A stretch of DNA of 64,000 nt, from positions 31,496,001-31,560,000 of the forward strand of contig OX597827.1 in assembly GCA_951406725.2 (NCBI GenBank). Direction: 5' to 3'. The notes beneath the pieces are model-generated. The model did no database searches. It had not been told where the DNA came from and saw only the letters and a program-made list of their open reading frames with translations. The position numbers and the translations under genes were made by a program. This DNA is from Octopus vulgaris (taxonomy: Eukaryota). This document shows positions 23,881 to 37,580 of this stretch, one piece after another. Positions within the stretch are counted from its first letter, which is position 1; every line of letters begins with the position of its first letter.

Positions 23881-25254
23881 CAGGGCTGGCCTGCTAGGTA
23901 GCCGGCCAGAATGCTAGAAATAGATCATAAACGATCAAACTACAAGGGAAATTCTCTAGAGGAAGAATTCAGCGAACACCAGAACCAAATTTGGCGGGCA
24001 GGACATATGAAAAATTAAATAAAAAACAGACTTAAATGCATACCTCGGTTTCGGTCTTAACAAAAGAATTACTTGCATAATTCAAGTGTCCGTGACTTCT
24101 TCAGTATATTCGGTCCTCGGGATGCAAACCGCAAGACTAACCCCAGCTCTCTGTGTCAAGACAGACACGTGCTTAGTCTTACTGATTACATCGGGAATAA
24201 AATTTCAAATGTCTTGGTTCCGGCGCGCTAAGAGACTCCTGAAGCGAAGGGCTGCAGTGAATAATTCACTGCGGGTAAAGCTTACTACTAGGGAACGTAT
24301 TTATTTAAATATTTAAAAATTGAGGGAGATAAATTAATATTAATTTTAATATCAATTTAAAACCAGTAGTCCAGCATTCAAAAAATCTGAGGAGTCAGAG
24401 AAAATTCAAATAAACGTGTATATTGGCAGGGCTGGCCTGCTAGGTAGCCGGCCAGAATGCTAGAAATAGATCATAAACGATCAAACTACAAGGGAAATTC
24501 TCTAGAGGAAGAATTCAGCGAACACCAGAACCAAATTTGGCGGGCAGGACATATGAAAAATTAAATAAAAAACAGACTTAAATGCATACCTCGGTTTCGG
24601 TCTTAACAAAAGAATTACTTGCATAATTCAAGTGTCCGTGACTTCTTCACTACTGGTTTTAAATTGATATTAAAATTAATATTAATTTATCTCCCTCAAT
24701 TTTTAAATATTTAAATAAATACGTTCCCTAGTAGTAAGCTTTACCCGCAGTGAATTATTCACTGCAGCCCTTCGCTTCAGGAGTCTCTTAGCGCGCCGGA
24801 ACCAAGACATTTGAAATTTTATTCCCGATGTAATCAGTAAGACTAAGCACGTGTCTGTCTTGACACAGAGAGCTGGGGTTAGTCTTGCGGTTTGCATCCC
24901 GAGGACTGAATGTACTGAAGAAGTCACGGACACTTGAATTATGCAAGTAATTCTTTTGTTAAGACCGAAACCGAGGTATGCATTTAAGTCTGTTTTTTAT
25001 TTAATTTTTCATATGTCCTGCCCGCCAAATTTGGTTCTGGTGTTCGCTGAATTCTTCCTCTAGAGAATTTCCCTTGTAGTTTGATCGTTTATGATCTATT
25101 TCTAGCATTCTGGCCGGCTACCTAGCAGGCCAGCCCTGCTAATATACACATATATTTGAATTTTCTCTGACTCCTCAGATTTTTTGAATGCTGGACTACT
25201 GGTTTTAAATTGATATTAAAATTAATATTAATTTATCTCCCTCAATTTTTAAAT
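23875..25254. mobile_element. retrozyme-like 546-bp non-coding unit: ~1.4 copies then an inverted ~1.1 copy
   Basis: Unit restarts at 23875 and 24421; orientation flips at ~24649; the inverted arm has ~60-bp terminal redundancy; each full unit carries one HHR. Confidence 0.8.
24908..24985 (+). ncRNA. type I hammerhead with extended stem II (also 26706-26783 and - strand copies)
   Basis: gaatgta CTGAAGA agtc..gaatta tgcaag taattc..gacc GAAA cc ga gg TA tgcattt. Confidence 0.7.
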
Positions 25255-25287
<33 letters not shown>

Positions 25288-25636
25288 GTATGTATATATA
25301 TGTCCTTGCCATAAGGCTTCACTTCCACAGACACCAGCTTAATTTAATTCATCCTTAGTTGAAAGACACCTGTTGTTTGTATTTGTAATTGTGTACCATT
25401 TCTCTGTTTTCTTCTTCGTCCTTGTTTTCGTATACATTTGCTTGCTTTCTTCCAAGGAGTCTAGTGCTCTTAGCTTAGATTTTCTAAGGGCCGGCCAAAT
25501 TGGGGCAGTCTTGAGTGTAACCAGTTGAAATTGCAATGACAATCTGGAACTCAACAGAGGATAGGAAGCAGCAAATGACCCGTCCTTGTTTTCTCCTGTC
25601 CTTTTTAGTATTGTCTAACTGTCCGGATGTTTTGTC

Positions 25637-25667
<31 letters not shown>

Positions 25668-25673
<6 letters not shown>

Positions 25674-27051
25674 CAGGGCTGGCCTGCTAGGTAGCCGGCC
25701 AGAATGCTAGAAATAGATCATAAACGATCAAACTACAAGGGAAATTCTCTAGAGGAAGAATTCAGCGAACACCAGAACCAAATTTGGCGGGCAGGACATA
25801 TGAAAAATTAAATAAAAAACAGACTTAAATGCATACCTCGGTTTCGGTCTTAACAAAAGAATTACTTGCATAATTCAAGTGTCCGTGACTTCTTCAGTAT
25901 ATTCGGTCCTCGGGATGCAAACCGCAAGACTAACCCCAGCTCTCTGTGTCAAGACAGACACGTGCTTAGTCTTACTGATTACATCGGGAATAAAATTTCA
26001 AATGTCTTGGTTCCGGCGCGCTAAGAGACTCCTGAAGCGAAGGGCTATAATGCAGTGAATAATTCACTGCGGGTAAAGCTTACTACTAGGGAACGTATTT
26101 ATTTAAATATTTAAAAATTGAGGGAGATAAATTAATATTAATTTTAATATCAATTTAAAACCAGTAGTCCAGCATTCAAAAAATCTGAGGAGTCAGAGAA
26201 AATTCAAATAAACGTGTATATTGGCAGGGCTGGCCTGCTAGGTAGCCGGCCAGAATGCTAGAAATAGATCATAAACGATCAAACTACAAGGGAAATTCTC
26301 TAGAGGAAGAATTCAGCGAACACCAGAACCAAATTTGGCGGGCAGGACATATGAAAAATTAAATAAAAAACAGACTTAAATGCATACCTCGGTTTCGGTC
26401 TTAACAAAAGAATTACTTGCATAATTCAAGTGTCCGTGACTTCTTCACTACTGGTTTTAAATTGATATTAAAATTAATATTAATTTATCTCCCTCAATTT
26501 TTAAATATTTAAATAAATACGTTCCCTAGTAGTAAGCTTTACCCGCAGTGAATTATTCACTGCAGCCCTTCGCTTCAGGAGTCTCTTAGCGCGCCGGAAC
26601 CAAGACATTTGAAATTTTATTCCCGATGTAATCAGTAAGACTAAGCACGTGTCTGTCTTGACACAGAGAGCTGGGGTTAGTCTTGCGGTTTGCATCCCGA
26701 GGACTGAATGTACTGAAGAAGTCACGGACACTTGAATTATGCAAGTAATTCTTTTGTTAAGACCGAAACCGAGGTATGCATTTAAGTCTGTTTTTTATTT
26801 AATTTTTCATATGTCCTGCCCGCCAAATTTGGTTCTGGTGTTCGCTGAATTCTTCCTCTAGAGAATTTCCTTGTAGTTTGATCGTTTATGATCTATTTCT
26901 AGCATTCTGGCCGGCTACCTAGCAGGCCAGCCCTGCCAATATACACATATATTTGAATTTTCTCTGACTCCTCAGATTTTTTGAATGCTGGACTACTGGT
27001 TTTAAATTGATATTAAAATTAATATTAATTTATCTCCCTCAATTTTTAAAT

Positions 27052-27084
<33 letters not shown>

Positions 27085-27435
27085 GTATGTATATATATGT
27101 CCTTGCCATAAGGCTTCACTTCCACAGACACCAGCTTAATTTAATTCATCCTTAGTTGAAAGACACCTGTTGTTTGTATTTGTAATTGTGTACCATTTCT
27201 CTGTTTTCTTCTTCGTCCTTGTTTTCGTATACATTTGCTTGCTTTCTTCCAAGGAGTCTAGTGCTCTTAGCTTAGATTTTCTAAGGGCCGGCCAAATTGG
27301 GGCAGTCTTGAGTGTAACCAGTTGAAATTGCAATGACAATCTGGAACTCAACAGAGGATCGGAAGCAGCAAATGACCCGTCCTTGTTTTCTCCTGTCCTT
27401 TTTAGTATTGTCTAACTGTCCGGATGTTTTGTCGT
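25668..27435. repeat. near-identical tandem duplicate of 23875-25637 (~1.8 kb)
   Basis: Same order of sub-blocks; only a few differences (e.g. 5-nt insertion near 26047); junction lies in a (TA)n tract. Confidence 0.9.
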
Positions 27436-27471
27436 CACCTGTTATGTTCTTGTTCCATTTTTTGGTTTCTT

Positions 27472-27540
<69 letters not shown>

Positions 27541-27934
27541 AATAATATATGATATATATATATATGCATATATGGGTACAGGATATCACCAACAGTGCAA
27601 ATAATATGAAATATGTAAACAAACAAGTTAAATACATAAACAATGCAAAAAAAATGGAAAACAGGACAAGTAAACACAGAGAAAAGATCCTTCATCAGTT
27701 GTCAGCTGTTAAATTACTCCTCATTTCAAGCATTCGATGACATGTGTGTGTCCCCTTCATTGCTTGGTAGTTTGGCGGAAAAAAGGGATCAACAGAATAA
27801 GTGCTAGGCTTATAAAGAATAAGCCCTACAAAGAATAAGTTCATTGACTAAAACCCTTTAAGGTGGTGCTCCATCATGGCCAGAGCCAAATGACTGAAAC
27901 AGGTGAAAGAATAAAAGAATATCCAGAAATATAT

Positions 27935-30900
27935 CATCATCCTTGTTTGATGTCTGCTTTCCATGCTGGCATGGGTTGGACGGTTTGACTGAGGTCTTGA
28001 AAGCCAGGAGGCTGCACCAAGCTCCAATCAGATCTGGTATAATTTCTACAGCTAGATGCTCTGAGAGTGTAGTAGGTGGTTTTTATGTGATATTGGCATG
28101 GGGGCCAGTAAGAGGGTGAATCATGTTCAGATAGAGCTTTTTATGTGCCATTAGCACAGGAGCCAGTCAAGGAGTATTGGCATTGGCCACGTCTGGCTGG
28201 TGCTTTTTACATGCCACTGGTACAAGAGCCAGTCAAGGGGTACTGGCATCGGCCACGTCTGGCTGGTGCTTTTTACATGCCACTGGTACAAGAGCCAGTC
28301 AAGGGGTACTGGCATCGGCCACGTCTGGCTGGTGCTTTTTACATGCCACTGGTACAAGAGCCAGTCAAGGGATACTGGCATCGGCCACGTCTGGCTGGTG
28401 CTTTTTACATGCCACTGGTACAAGAGCCAGTCAAGGGGTACTGGCATCGGCCACGTCTGGCTGGTGCTTTTTACATGCCACTGGTACAAGAGCCAGTCAA
28501 GGGGTACTGGCATCGGCCACGTCTGGCTGGTGCTTTTTACATGTCACTGGTACAAGAGCCAGTCAAGGGCTACTGGCATTGGCCACGTCTGGCTGATGCT
28601 TTTTACATGCCACTGGAACAAGAGCCAGTCAAGGGGTACTGGCATCGGCCACGTCTGGCTGGTGCTTTGTACATGCCACTGGTACAAGAGCCAGTCAAGG
28701 GGTACTGGCATCGGCCACGTCTGGCTGGTGCTTTTTACATGCCACTGGTACAAGAGCCAGTCAAGGGGTACTGGCATCGGCCACGTCTGGCTGGTGCCTT
28801 TTACATGCCACTGGTACAAGAGCCAGTCAAGGGGTACTGGCATCGGCCACGTCTGGCTGGTGCTTTTACATGCCACTGGTACAAGAGCCAGTCAAGGGGT
28901 ACTGGCATCGGCCACGTCTGGCTGGTGCTTTTTACATGCCACTGGTACAAGAGCCAGTCAAGGGGTACTGGCATCGGCCACGGTCTGGCTGGTGCTTTTT
29001 ACATGCCACTGGTACAAGAGCCAGTCAAGGGGTACTGGCATCGGCCACGTCTGGCTGGTGCTTTTACATGCCACTGGTACAAGAGCCAGTCAAGGGGTAC
29101 TGGCATCGGCCACGTCTGGCTGGTGCTTTTTACATGCCACTGGTACAAGAGCCAGTCAAGGGGTACTGGCATCGGCCACGTCTGGCTGGTGCTTTTTACA
29201 TGCCACTGGTACAAGAGCCAGTCAAGGGGTACTGGCATCGGCCACGTCTGGCTGGTGCTTTTTACATGCCACTGGTACAAGAGCCAGTCAAGGGGTACTG
29301 GCATCGGCCACGTCTGGCTGGTGCTTTTTACATGCCACTGGTACAAGAGCCAGTCAAGGGGTACTGGCATCGGCCACATCTGGCTGGTGCTTTTTACATG
29401 CCACTGGTACAAGAGCCAGTCAAGGGGTACTGGCATGCCACTGGCCACGTCTGGCTGGTCTGCTATGCCACTTTTACATGCCACTGGCACTACAAGAGCC
29501 AGTCAAGGGGTACTGGCATCGGCCACGTCTGGCTGGTGCTTTTTACATGCCACTGGTACAAGAGCCAGTCAAGGGGTACTGGCATCGGCCACGTCTGGCT
29601 GGTGCTTTTTACATGCCACTGGTACAAGAGCCAGTCAAGGGGTACTGGCATCGGCCACGTCTGGCTGGTGCTTTGTACATGCCACTGGTACAAGAGCCAG
29701 TCAAGGGGTACTGGCATCGGCCACATCTGGCTGGTGCTTTTTACATGCCACTGTTACAAGAGCCAGTCAAGAGGTACTGGCATCGGTCACGTCTGGCTGA
29801 TGCTTTTTACATGCCACTGGAACAAGAGCCAGTCAAGGGGTACTGGCATCGGCCACGTCTGGCTGGTGCTTTTTACATGCCACTGGAACAAGAGCCAGTC
29901 AAGGGGTACTGGCATCGGCCACGTCTGGCTGGTGCTTTGTACATGCCACTGGTACAAGAGCCAGTCAAGGGGTACTGGCATCGGCCATGTCTGGCTGGTG
30001 CTTTTTACATGCCACTGGTACAAGAGCCAGTCAAGGGGTACTGGCATCGGCCACGTCTGCCTGGTGCTTTGTACATGCAACTGGTACAAGAGCCAGTGAA
30101 GGGGTACTGGCATCGGCCACGTCTGGCTGGTGCTTTTTACATGCCACTGGAACAAGAGCCAGTCAAGGGGTACTGGCATCGGCCATGTCTGACTGGTCCT
30201 TTTTACATGCCACTGGTACAAGAGCCAGTCAAGGGGTATTGGCATCAGCCACGTCTGGCTGGTGCTTTTTACATGCCACTGGTACAAGAGCCAGTCAAGG
30301 GGTACTGGCATCGGCCATGTCTGGCTGGTGCTTTTTACATGCCACTGGTACAAGAGCCAGTCAAGGGGTACTGGCATCGGCCACGTCTGCCTGGTGCTTT
30401 ACATGCACTGGTACAAGAGCCAGTGAAGGGGTACTGGCATCGGCCACGTCTGGCTGGTGCTTTTACATGCCACTGGAACAAGAGCCAGTCAAGGGGTACT
30501 GGCATGTCTGACTGGTCCTTTTACATGCCACTGGTACAAGAGCCAGTCAAGGGGTATTGGCATCAGCCACGTCTGGCTGGTGCTTTTTACATGCCACTGG
30601 TACAAGAGCCAGTCAAGGGGCACGGCCATTGACCACGTCTGGCTGGTGCTTTTTACATGTCACTGGTACAAGAGCCAGTCAAGGGGTACTGGCATCGGCC
30701 ACGTCTGGCTGGTGCTTTTTACATGCCACTGGTACAAGAGCCAGTCAAGGGGTACTGGCATCCGCCACGTCTGGCTGGTGTCTTTTACATGCCACTGGTA
30801 CAAGAGCCATTCAAGGGGTACTGGCATCGGCCACGTCTGGCTGGTGCTTTTTACATGCCACTGGTACAAGAGCCAGTCAAGAGGTACTGGCATCAGCCAT

Positions 30901-31400
30901 GTTCGGATGGTGCTTTTTACATGCCACTGGGACAAGAGCCAGTCAAGGGGTACTGGCATCGGCCACGTCTGGCTGATGCTTTCTACTTGCCACTGGAACA
31001 AGAGCCAGTCAAGGGCTGCTGGCATCGGCCACGTCTGGCTGGTGCTTTTTACATGCCACTGGTATAAGAGCCAGTGAAGGGGTACTGGCATCGGCCACGT
31101 CTGGCTGGTGCTTTTTACATGCCACTGGTACAAGAGCCAGTCAAGGGGTACTGGCATCGGCCACATCTGGCGGATGCTTTTTACATGCCACTGGTACAAG
31201 AGCCAGTCAAGGGGTACTGGCTTCGACCACGTCTGGCTGATGCTTTTTACATGCCACTAGAACAAGAGCCAGTCAAGGGGTACTGGCATCAGCCACATCT
31301 GGAGGGTGCTTTTTACATGCCACTGATACAAGAGCCAGTCATGGGGTACTGGTATCGGCTGGTGCTTTTTATGTGCCACTGGCACAGGAGCCTGTCGGGT
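27935..31400 (-). mobile_element. RTE 3' UTR copy hosting an expanded minisatellite
   Basis: catcatc..gtttgatgtctgctttccatgctggcatgggttggacgg start matches the RTE tail; its internal repeat is amplified. Confidence 0.7.
28135..31395. repeat. 66-bp GC-rich minisatellite, ~49 copies
   Basis: Unit ctggctggtgctttttacatgccactggtacaagagccagtcaaggggtactggcatcggccacgt; 22-aa periodicity in the ORF track. Confidence 0.95.
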
Positions 31401-31647
31401 CACTGGCCACAGCTACGATATTGGTTAGTGTGTATAAATATATATATTTCAAGCCTTTAAGTACACTCGTTTTATTCTCCAAGCAGACAAAAACACAAAA
31501 CGAAAACAAAACAAAGAAAAAAATTGTTATCGGTTATGTTTCTCATCGAATCAAATGAAAGAAAACAGAATAACTGAGAATCTCTTGGAATATCAAATAC
31601 ACACACACACACATACACACAATTACAAATACAAACATATATACATA

Positions 31648-31707
<60 letters not shown>

Positions 31708-31758
31708 CATATATATACATATATATATATACATACATATATATACATATATATATAC

Positions 31759-31835
<77 letters not shown>

Positions 31836-32098
31836 CTCATTATCGTTATGTTGGCTAGACTTGAGATTGACTGAAACATATAATTTATGTTTTCTCTTTG
31901 TCAACAATGATTTCTTGTGGTCTGTGGGGAGGTGGTGGTGGTGGAGTAGGGGGAGAGTGGAGAGGGAAAGAATATTTATGTTCCTATTGACTGTATTTAC
32001 TTCTTTTTCCCCTTCTTTCAACTGACACCAAATGTTCTGGAACATTTCCAAAGTTCCATCAACCATTTTATGATGCCACTGAAGTTTTGACTGATAGC

Positions 32099-32154
<56 letters not shown>

Positions 32155-32230
32155 AATATACACGTGTATGTGTGTGTGCATGCATGTATGTGTGATCAAT
32201 ACACATAAATGTATACATCTATACATATAA

Positions 32231-32292
<62 letters not shown>

Positions 32293-32470
32293 ATATTAGG
32301 GAATAAATCCAAATTTACAGGGAAAAAATCAGATTTAGGATTAAATCCAATTTTATAGTAAAATATTATATAATATTAATTCGCGACAAAACCACTATTT
32401 TGCAAAACAAACAAGGAAAGACTTAATCAATACATAAAAATTTCTAATATAAAGAAATAAACCGCCACTA

Positions 32471-32872
32471 CTCTCTTTTACTTGTTTCAGTCATTTGACT
32501 GCGGCCATGCTGGAGCACCGCCTTTAGTCGAGTAAATCAACCCCGGGACTTATTCTTTGTAAGCCCAGTACTTATTCTATCGGTCTCTTTTGCCGAACCG
32601 CTAAGTGACGGGGACGTAAACACACCAGCATCGGTTGTCAAACAATGCTAGGGGGACAAACACAGACACACAAACACACACACACATACATATATATATG
32701 TATATACATATATACGACAGGCTTCTTTCAGTTTCCGTCTACCAAATCCACTCACAAGGCATTGGTCGGCCCGGGGCTATAGCAGAAGACACGTGCCCAA
32801 GATGCCATGCAGTGGGACTGAACTCGGAACCATGTGGTTGGTTAGCAAGCTACTTACCACACAGCCACTCCT
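32471..32872 (-). mobile_element. CORE-like SINE inserted into a fold-back HHR element
   Basis: Same family as 11145; splits ...ccgccacta | aatcgtttcatgtc... Confidence 0.85.
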
Positions 32873-32976
32873 AATCGTTTCATGTCTTCAATGACATTCG
32901 TCAGGTGGATTTTCGATCTCCTAATCTGTTTTAATTTATGAAGTCATAAATTAAAACAGATTAGGAGATTGAAAAT

Positions 32977-33019
32977 CCACCTGACGAATGTCATTGAAGA
33001 CATGAAACGATTGTAGTGG
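32977..33019 (+). ncRNA. canonical minimal type I hammerhead in fold-back element (32285-33112)
   Basis: ccac CTGACGA atgtc attgaa gacat GAAA c gatt g TA gtgg. Confidence 0.85.
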
Positions 33020-33224
33020 CGGTTTATTTCTTTATATTAAAAATTTTTATGTATTGATTCAGTCTTTCCTTGTTTGTTTTGCAAAATAGTGGTTTTGTCT
33101 CGAATTAATATTATATATATATATATATATACAGATATATGTATATTTATATATACAGATATATGTATATTTATAAATATATCTCTCTACATATACATAT
33201 ACTTTATATATTATATATATAGAG

Positions 33225-33320
<96 letters not shown>

Positions 33321-33322
<2 letters not shown>

Positions 33323-33729
33323 TCTTTTTACTCTTTTACTTGTTTCAGTCATTTGACTGCAGCCATGCTGGAGCACCGCCTTTAGTCAAACAAATCGACC
33401 CCGGGACTTATTCTTTGTAAGCCCAGTACTTATTCTATCGGTCTCTGTTGGTGAACCGCTAAGTGACGGGGACGTAAACACACCAGCATCGGTTGTCAAG
33501 CAATTCTAGGGGGACAAAGACAGACACACAAACACATACACACACACACACATATATATACATATATGCGACAGGCTTCTTTCAGTTTCCGTCTACCAAA
33601 TCCACTCACAAGGCATTGGTCGGCCTGTTGCTATACCAGAAGACACCTGCCCAAGATGCTACGCAGTGGGAGTGAACCCGGTACCATGTGGTTGGTTAGC
33701 AAGCTACTTACCACAGCCACTCCTGCACC
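33321..33729 (-). mobile_element. CORE-like SINE
   Basis: Reverse complement of the 11145 family. Confidence 0.8.
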
Positions 33730-33733
33730 TATA

Positions 33734-33769
<36 letters not shown>

Positions 33770-33772
<3 letters not shown>

Positions 33773-34068
33773 TCATCGTTTAGCGTCCACTTTCCATGCT
33801 AGCATGGGTTGGACGGTTCAACTGGGGTCTGGGAAGCCAGAAGGCTGCACCAGGCCCAGTCTGATCTGGCAATGTTTCTACGGCTGGATGTCCTTCCTAA
33901 CGCCAACCTCTCCGTGAGTGTAGTGGGTGCTTTTTACGTGCCACCGGCACTGGTATCACAGCTGCAATTTCCATTGATGCTGATCGATTTCGATTCTCAC
34001 TTGCCTCAACAGGTCTTCACAAGTAGAGTTTTGTGTCCCAAGAAGGAAAGGTATGCATAAGTGGATTG
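33770..34068 (-). mobile_element. RTE 3' UTR fragment
   Basis: Matches 58255-58890 with the internal repeats deleted. Confidence 0.7.
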
Positions 34069-34070
34069 GC

Positions 34071-34131
<61 letters not shown>

Positions 34132-35496
34132 ATATATATATATACATATATATATACATATATATATACACATAAATATATATATTATGCCAATGTACAT
34201 ATATATATATGTATATACATAAATACATATATATGTGTGTGTGTGTGTGTGTACATATATGTACATATATATATATAAACACACACATACATACATGTAT
34301 ACATATATATATATATACATGTATACATATATATATATATTAGATAGATAAATAGACAGACAGACAGACAGATGGATAGATAGATAGACAGACTGACAAA
34401 TAGATAGATAGATAGATAGACAGATAGACAGACAAACAGACAGATAAATAGAAAGATAAACAAATAGATAGACAGAAAGACAGATAGATAAATAGATAGA
34501 CAGACATGATGGATGAATATGCACAGACAGATACACACACACACACACGCAAACACACACATGGTGATGCAGAAACACATACACTGTGTACACTGCTAAA
34601 TAGATTCAGGTCATTTACTCAAAGAGAAATCATTTTGGATCCAACAAAAATAGCAACAGCAACAACACCATCCAGATCCTTACATTGTTGTACGAAATGT
34701 TTCATCTATTTTCGTTACTCCTTTACATATCTTTTAAAGATTCTACCATCATCATCATCACCATCATCAAAATTATGATTATCACCATCATCATTGTTAT
34801 CACCATCATCATCGTTATCGTCATCATCATCATTCTCATCACTGTCATCATCGTCATTATCATTATTACTACTATTGTTGTTATTGTTGTTGTGTTTGGG
34901 ATTGTGATATCAGAAAACATTTTTGGTCTGTTCAAGATCTCATTTCCTCCTGCCAATTTGGCAGAAAATCAACAGTTTTAGAGGTATTTTGTCGACGCTG
35001 ATAATCATCTTTACATCTGGGATTATATATCCCATCATCTTAAAATTGATTTGATGCTTTTATATGATCAATCGAATCAAATCAATCAATCCAAGTTAAT
35101 ATTCTCATTGTTACTCTCTCTGTCTCACTCATTTTCCCTCTCTCTCTCTCTCCATCTATCTATCTGTCTGTCTGTCTCTGTCTCTCTTCAATGGTCTACT
35201 GAAATAATAACAAAAAAAACTACTACTATTAATGATAACAATGATCATAATGATGAAGATGATGATGATGTTGATGATAATGTTGGAAAAATATTAGTGA
35301 TGAAGAAGGGTGATGAAGATGATAATGATGCTGATGTTGATGATGATGATGATGATGACAATGATGATGATACCAATAATTATTATAATTATGGTAATGA
35401 TAGCAATAATAATGGACACATTAATAACGAAACAAAATGAAACATAGTCGACAAAAAACAACCACACAAAATTCAAAAGAATATAAACTATATTTA

Positions 35497-35591
<95 letters not shown>

Positions 35592-35643
35592 ACATACATA
35601 TATGTATATTATATACATTTATATATGTGTGTGTGTGTATACT

Positions 35644-35710
<67 letters not shown>

Positions 35711-36296
35711 TAAATATATATATATATATATAGTTACGTGTGTGTGTATATATTATAAAACACTAACAACATTAATTCACAAGCCATGAATTTTCTTCTT
35801 CTTCCTCCTTTTTCTCTTAATAGTATATAAAGATCAATCACTACGAACATGATAACGAGGTACTGGAGTGGATAATTGACATCAATGAGCAAATGATGAT
35901 GGGGTGGATGGGTTTGGGGCAGGGGAATGCGTTTTGGATTGAGGAGGAGTTGATGAAAAGTAATTACATTAAGACTGTCACAAAATATTAAGATGTTGTT
36001 CCCCACCCCCACCTCTGTTAGCTTGTGAAAACGGTTCAATCTCTGTCCTCGGTAGACCTTTTCACATTTTTCTCCTATCTAAAAAGAATGCTTTTTTTTT
36101 GTTTTTTATAAATTTTTAAAACAAACTTGGTGCAGGTGTGGCTGTGTGGTAAGAATCTTGTTTCCCAAACACATGATTCTGAGTTCAGTCCCACTGCATG
36201 GCACCTTGGACAAGTGTCTTCTACTATTGCCTTAGACTGACCAAAGCATTGTGAGAGGATTTGGTAGATGGAAACTGAAAAGAAGCCTGTCATATA

Positions 36297-36522
36297 CAGG
36301 GTGCAGCAGAAGTAACGACCTTTTTGCATTTAATAACTTTTATAGTATATAAATGCTTATTAATTAATTTTTTTATTGAACACAAATTTATTGCATTAAT
36401 TAAAGAAATAAATAATAAACTAATGTAAAAAATCACAGAAGTTTTAGGAAATAAAAAATGAAACTTAATTAAGAACTAGAAAATTCAAATACAAAAGGAC
36501 ATTAATTCTGCCGCATCTGATG
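36297..36522. mobile_element. Tc1/mariner-like MITE
   Basis: ta|caggggtgcagcagaa ... ttctgccgcatctgatg|ta imperfect TIRs with TA flanks. Confidence 0.55.
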
Positions 36523-37164
36523 TATATACATACATATATATATATATAGGAACACTCTATCAGATATGATGACAAAGGTCCCAGCTGATACAATCAATGG
36601 AACAGCTTGCTCGTGAAATTAACGTGCAAGTGGCTGAGCACTCCATAGACACATGTACCCTTAATGTAGTACTCAGGGAGATTCAACATGACACAGAGTG
36701 TGACAAGTCTGGCCCTTTGAAATACGGGTACTAAATAAAGTGTCTTGCTCAAGGACACAACACATCACCAGGAATTGAACTCATGACCTTACGATTGTGA
36801 ACCGAATGCCCTAACCACTAAGCCATGTGCCTTCATGATATATATATATATGATGTGTGTCTTTGTGACTGTTCCCCCACCACTGCTTGACAACTGATGT
36901 TTGTGTGTTTACATCCCTGTAACTTAGTGGTTCGGCAAAAGAGACTGATAGAATAAGTACCAGGCCTAAAAACAAATATAAGCACTAAGCTTGATTCATT
37001 TGACTAAAAAGTCTTCAAGACAGTGCTCCAGCATGGCCACAGTCTAATGACTGAAACAAGTAAAAGACAAAAGATAACAGTTGTTATTGTTGTTTAACCC
37101 TAGGTCGAACTTACTTGAGTAGACCTTTGATCAAAAATATTTTCATGTATTTTTTTAAAATTTT

Positions 37165-37580
37165 TAATTTAATTCAATTTAATTTTTTTGGTTCAAAATA
37201 AAAGCAATGCCATGTAGGGGGACATGGAGTTATGTACAGGGAGGGTGTTCATACAAAGAGTTCAAGCCATTTCTGGTCAAGAGAGACTTTGAACCAAGCA
37301 GTCATCGGCATCTTCACTATCTCGTCCGGCAGCTTATTCCACGGATTTGGAACCCGGACGGAGAAAGCTCCTCTCCTTCGATTGAGATGAAATCATCATA
37401 GATAGAGCTTTTCAGAGTGACCCCGCAGCCCACGCTCTGGAGTATGGGGTGAAGAACAGCTCTTTCGAGAGGTTACACTTTCGGCTTATGATGTTGTGAG
37501 CGAGAATGAGATCACCACAGCATCATCGTTTATCGAGAGAATAAAGGTCAAGCATTTCCAGCCTCTCTTCATAAGACTTG
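37165..37580 (-). pseudogene. CR1-clade LINE 3' fragment
   Basis: Manual translation gives SYEERLEMLDLYSL..R..GDLI, LRGHSEKL, FSVRVPNPWNKLP..FKVSLD, typical of the CR1 ORF2 C-terminus. Confidence 0.75.

Noticed and set aside
24086-24316. Repeated 76-aa ORF in the 546-bp unit
   Set aside because: GTG start, no recognisable motif, antisense to the HHR, and disrupted by a 5-nt insertion in one copy.
27685-27740. ctgatga on - strand as a hammerhead
   Set aside because: I could not pair consistent stems or place a downstream GAAA; the same holds for ctgatga near 51770.
28135-31395. CRISPR array or 810-aa repeat protein
   Set aside because: Contiguous 66-bp units with no unique spacers and no cas genes; frames shift with 1-nt indels, which is inconsistent with coding selection.
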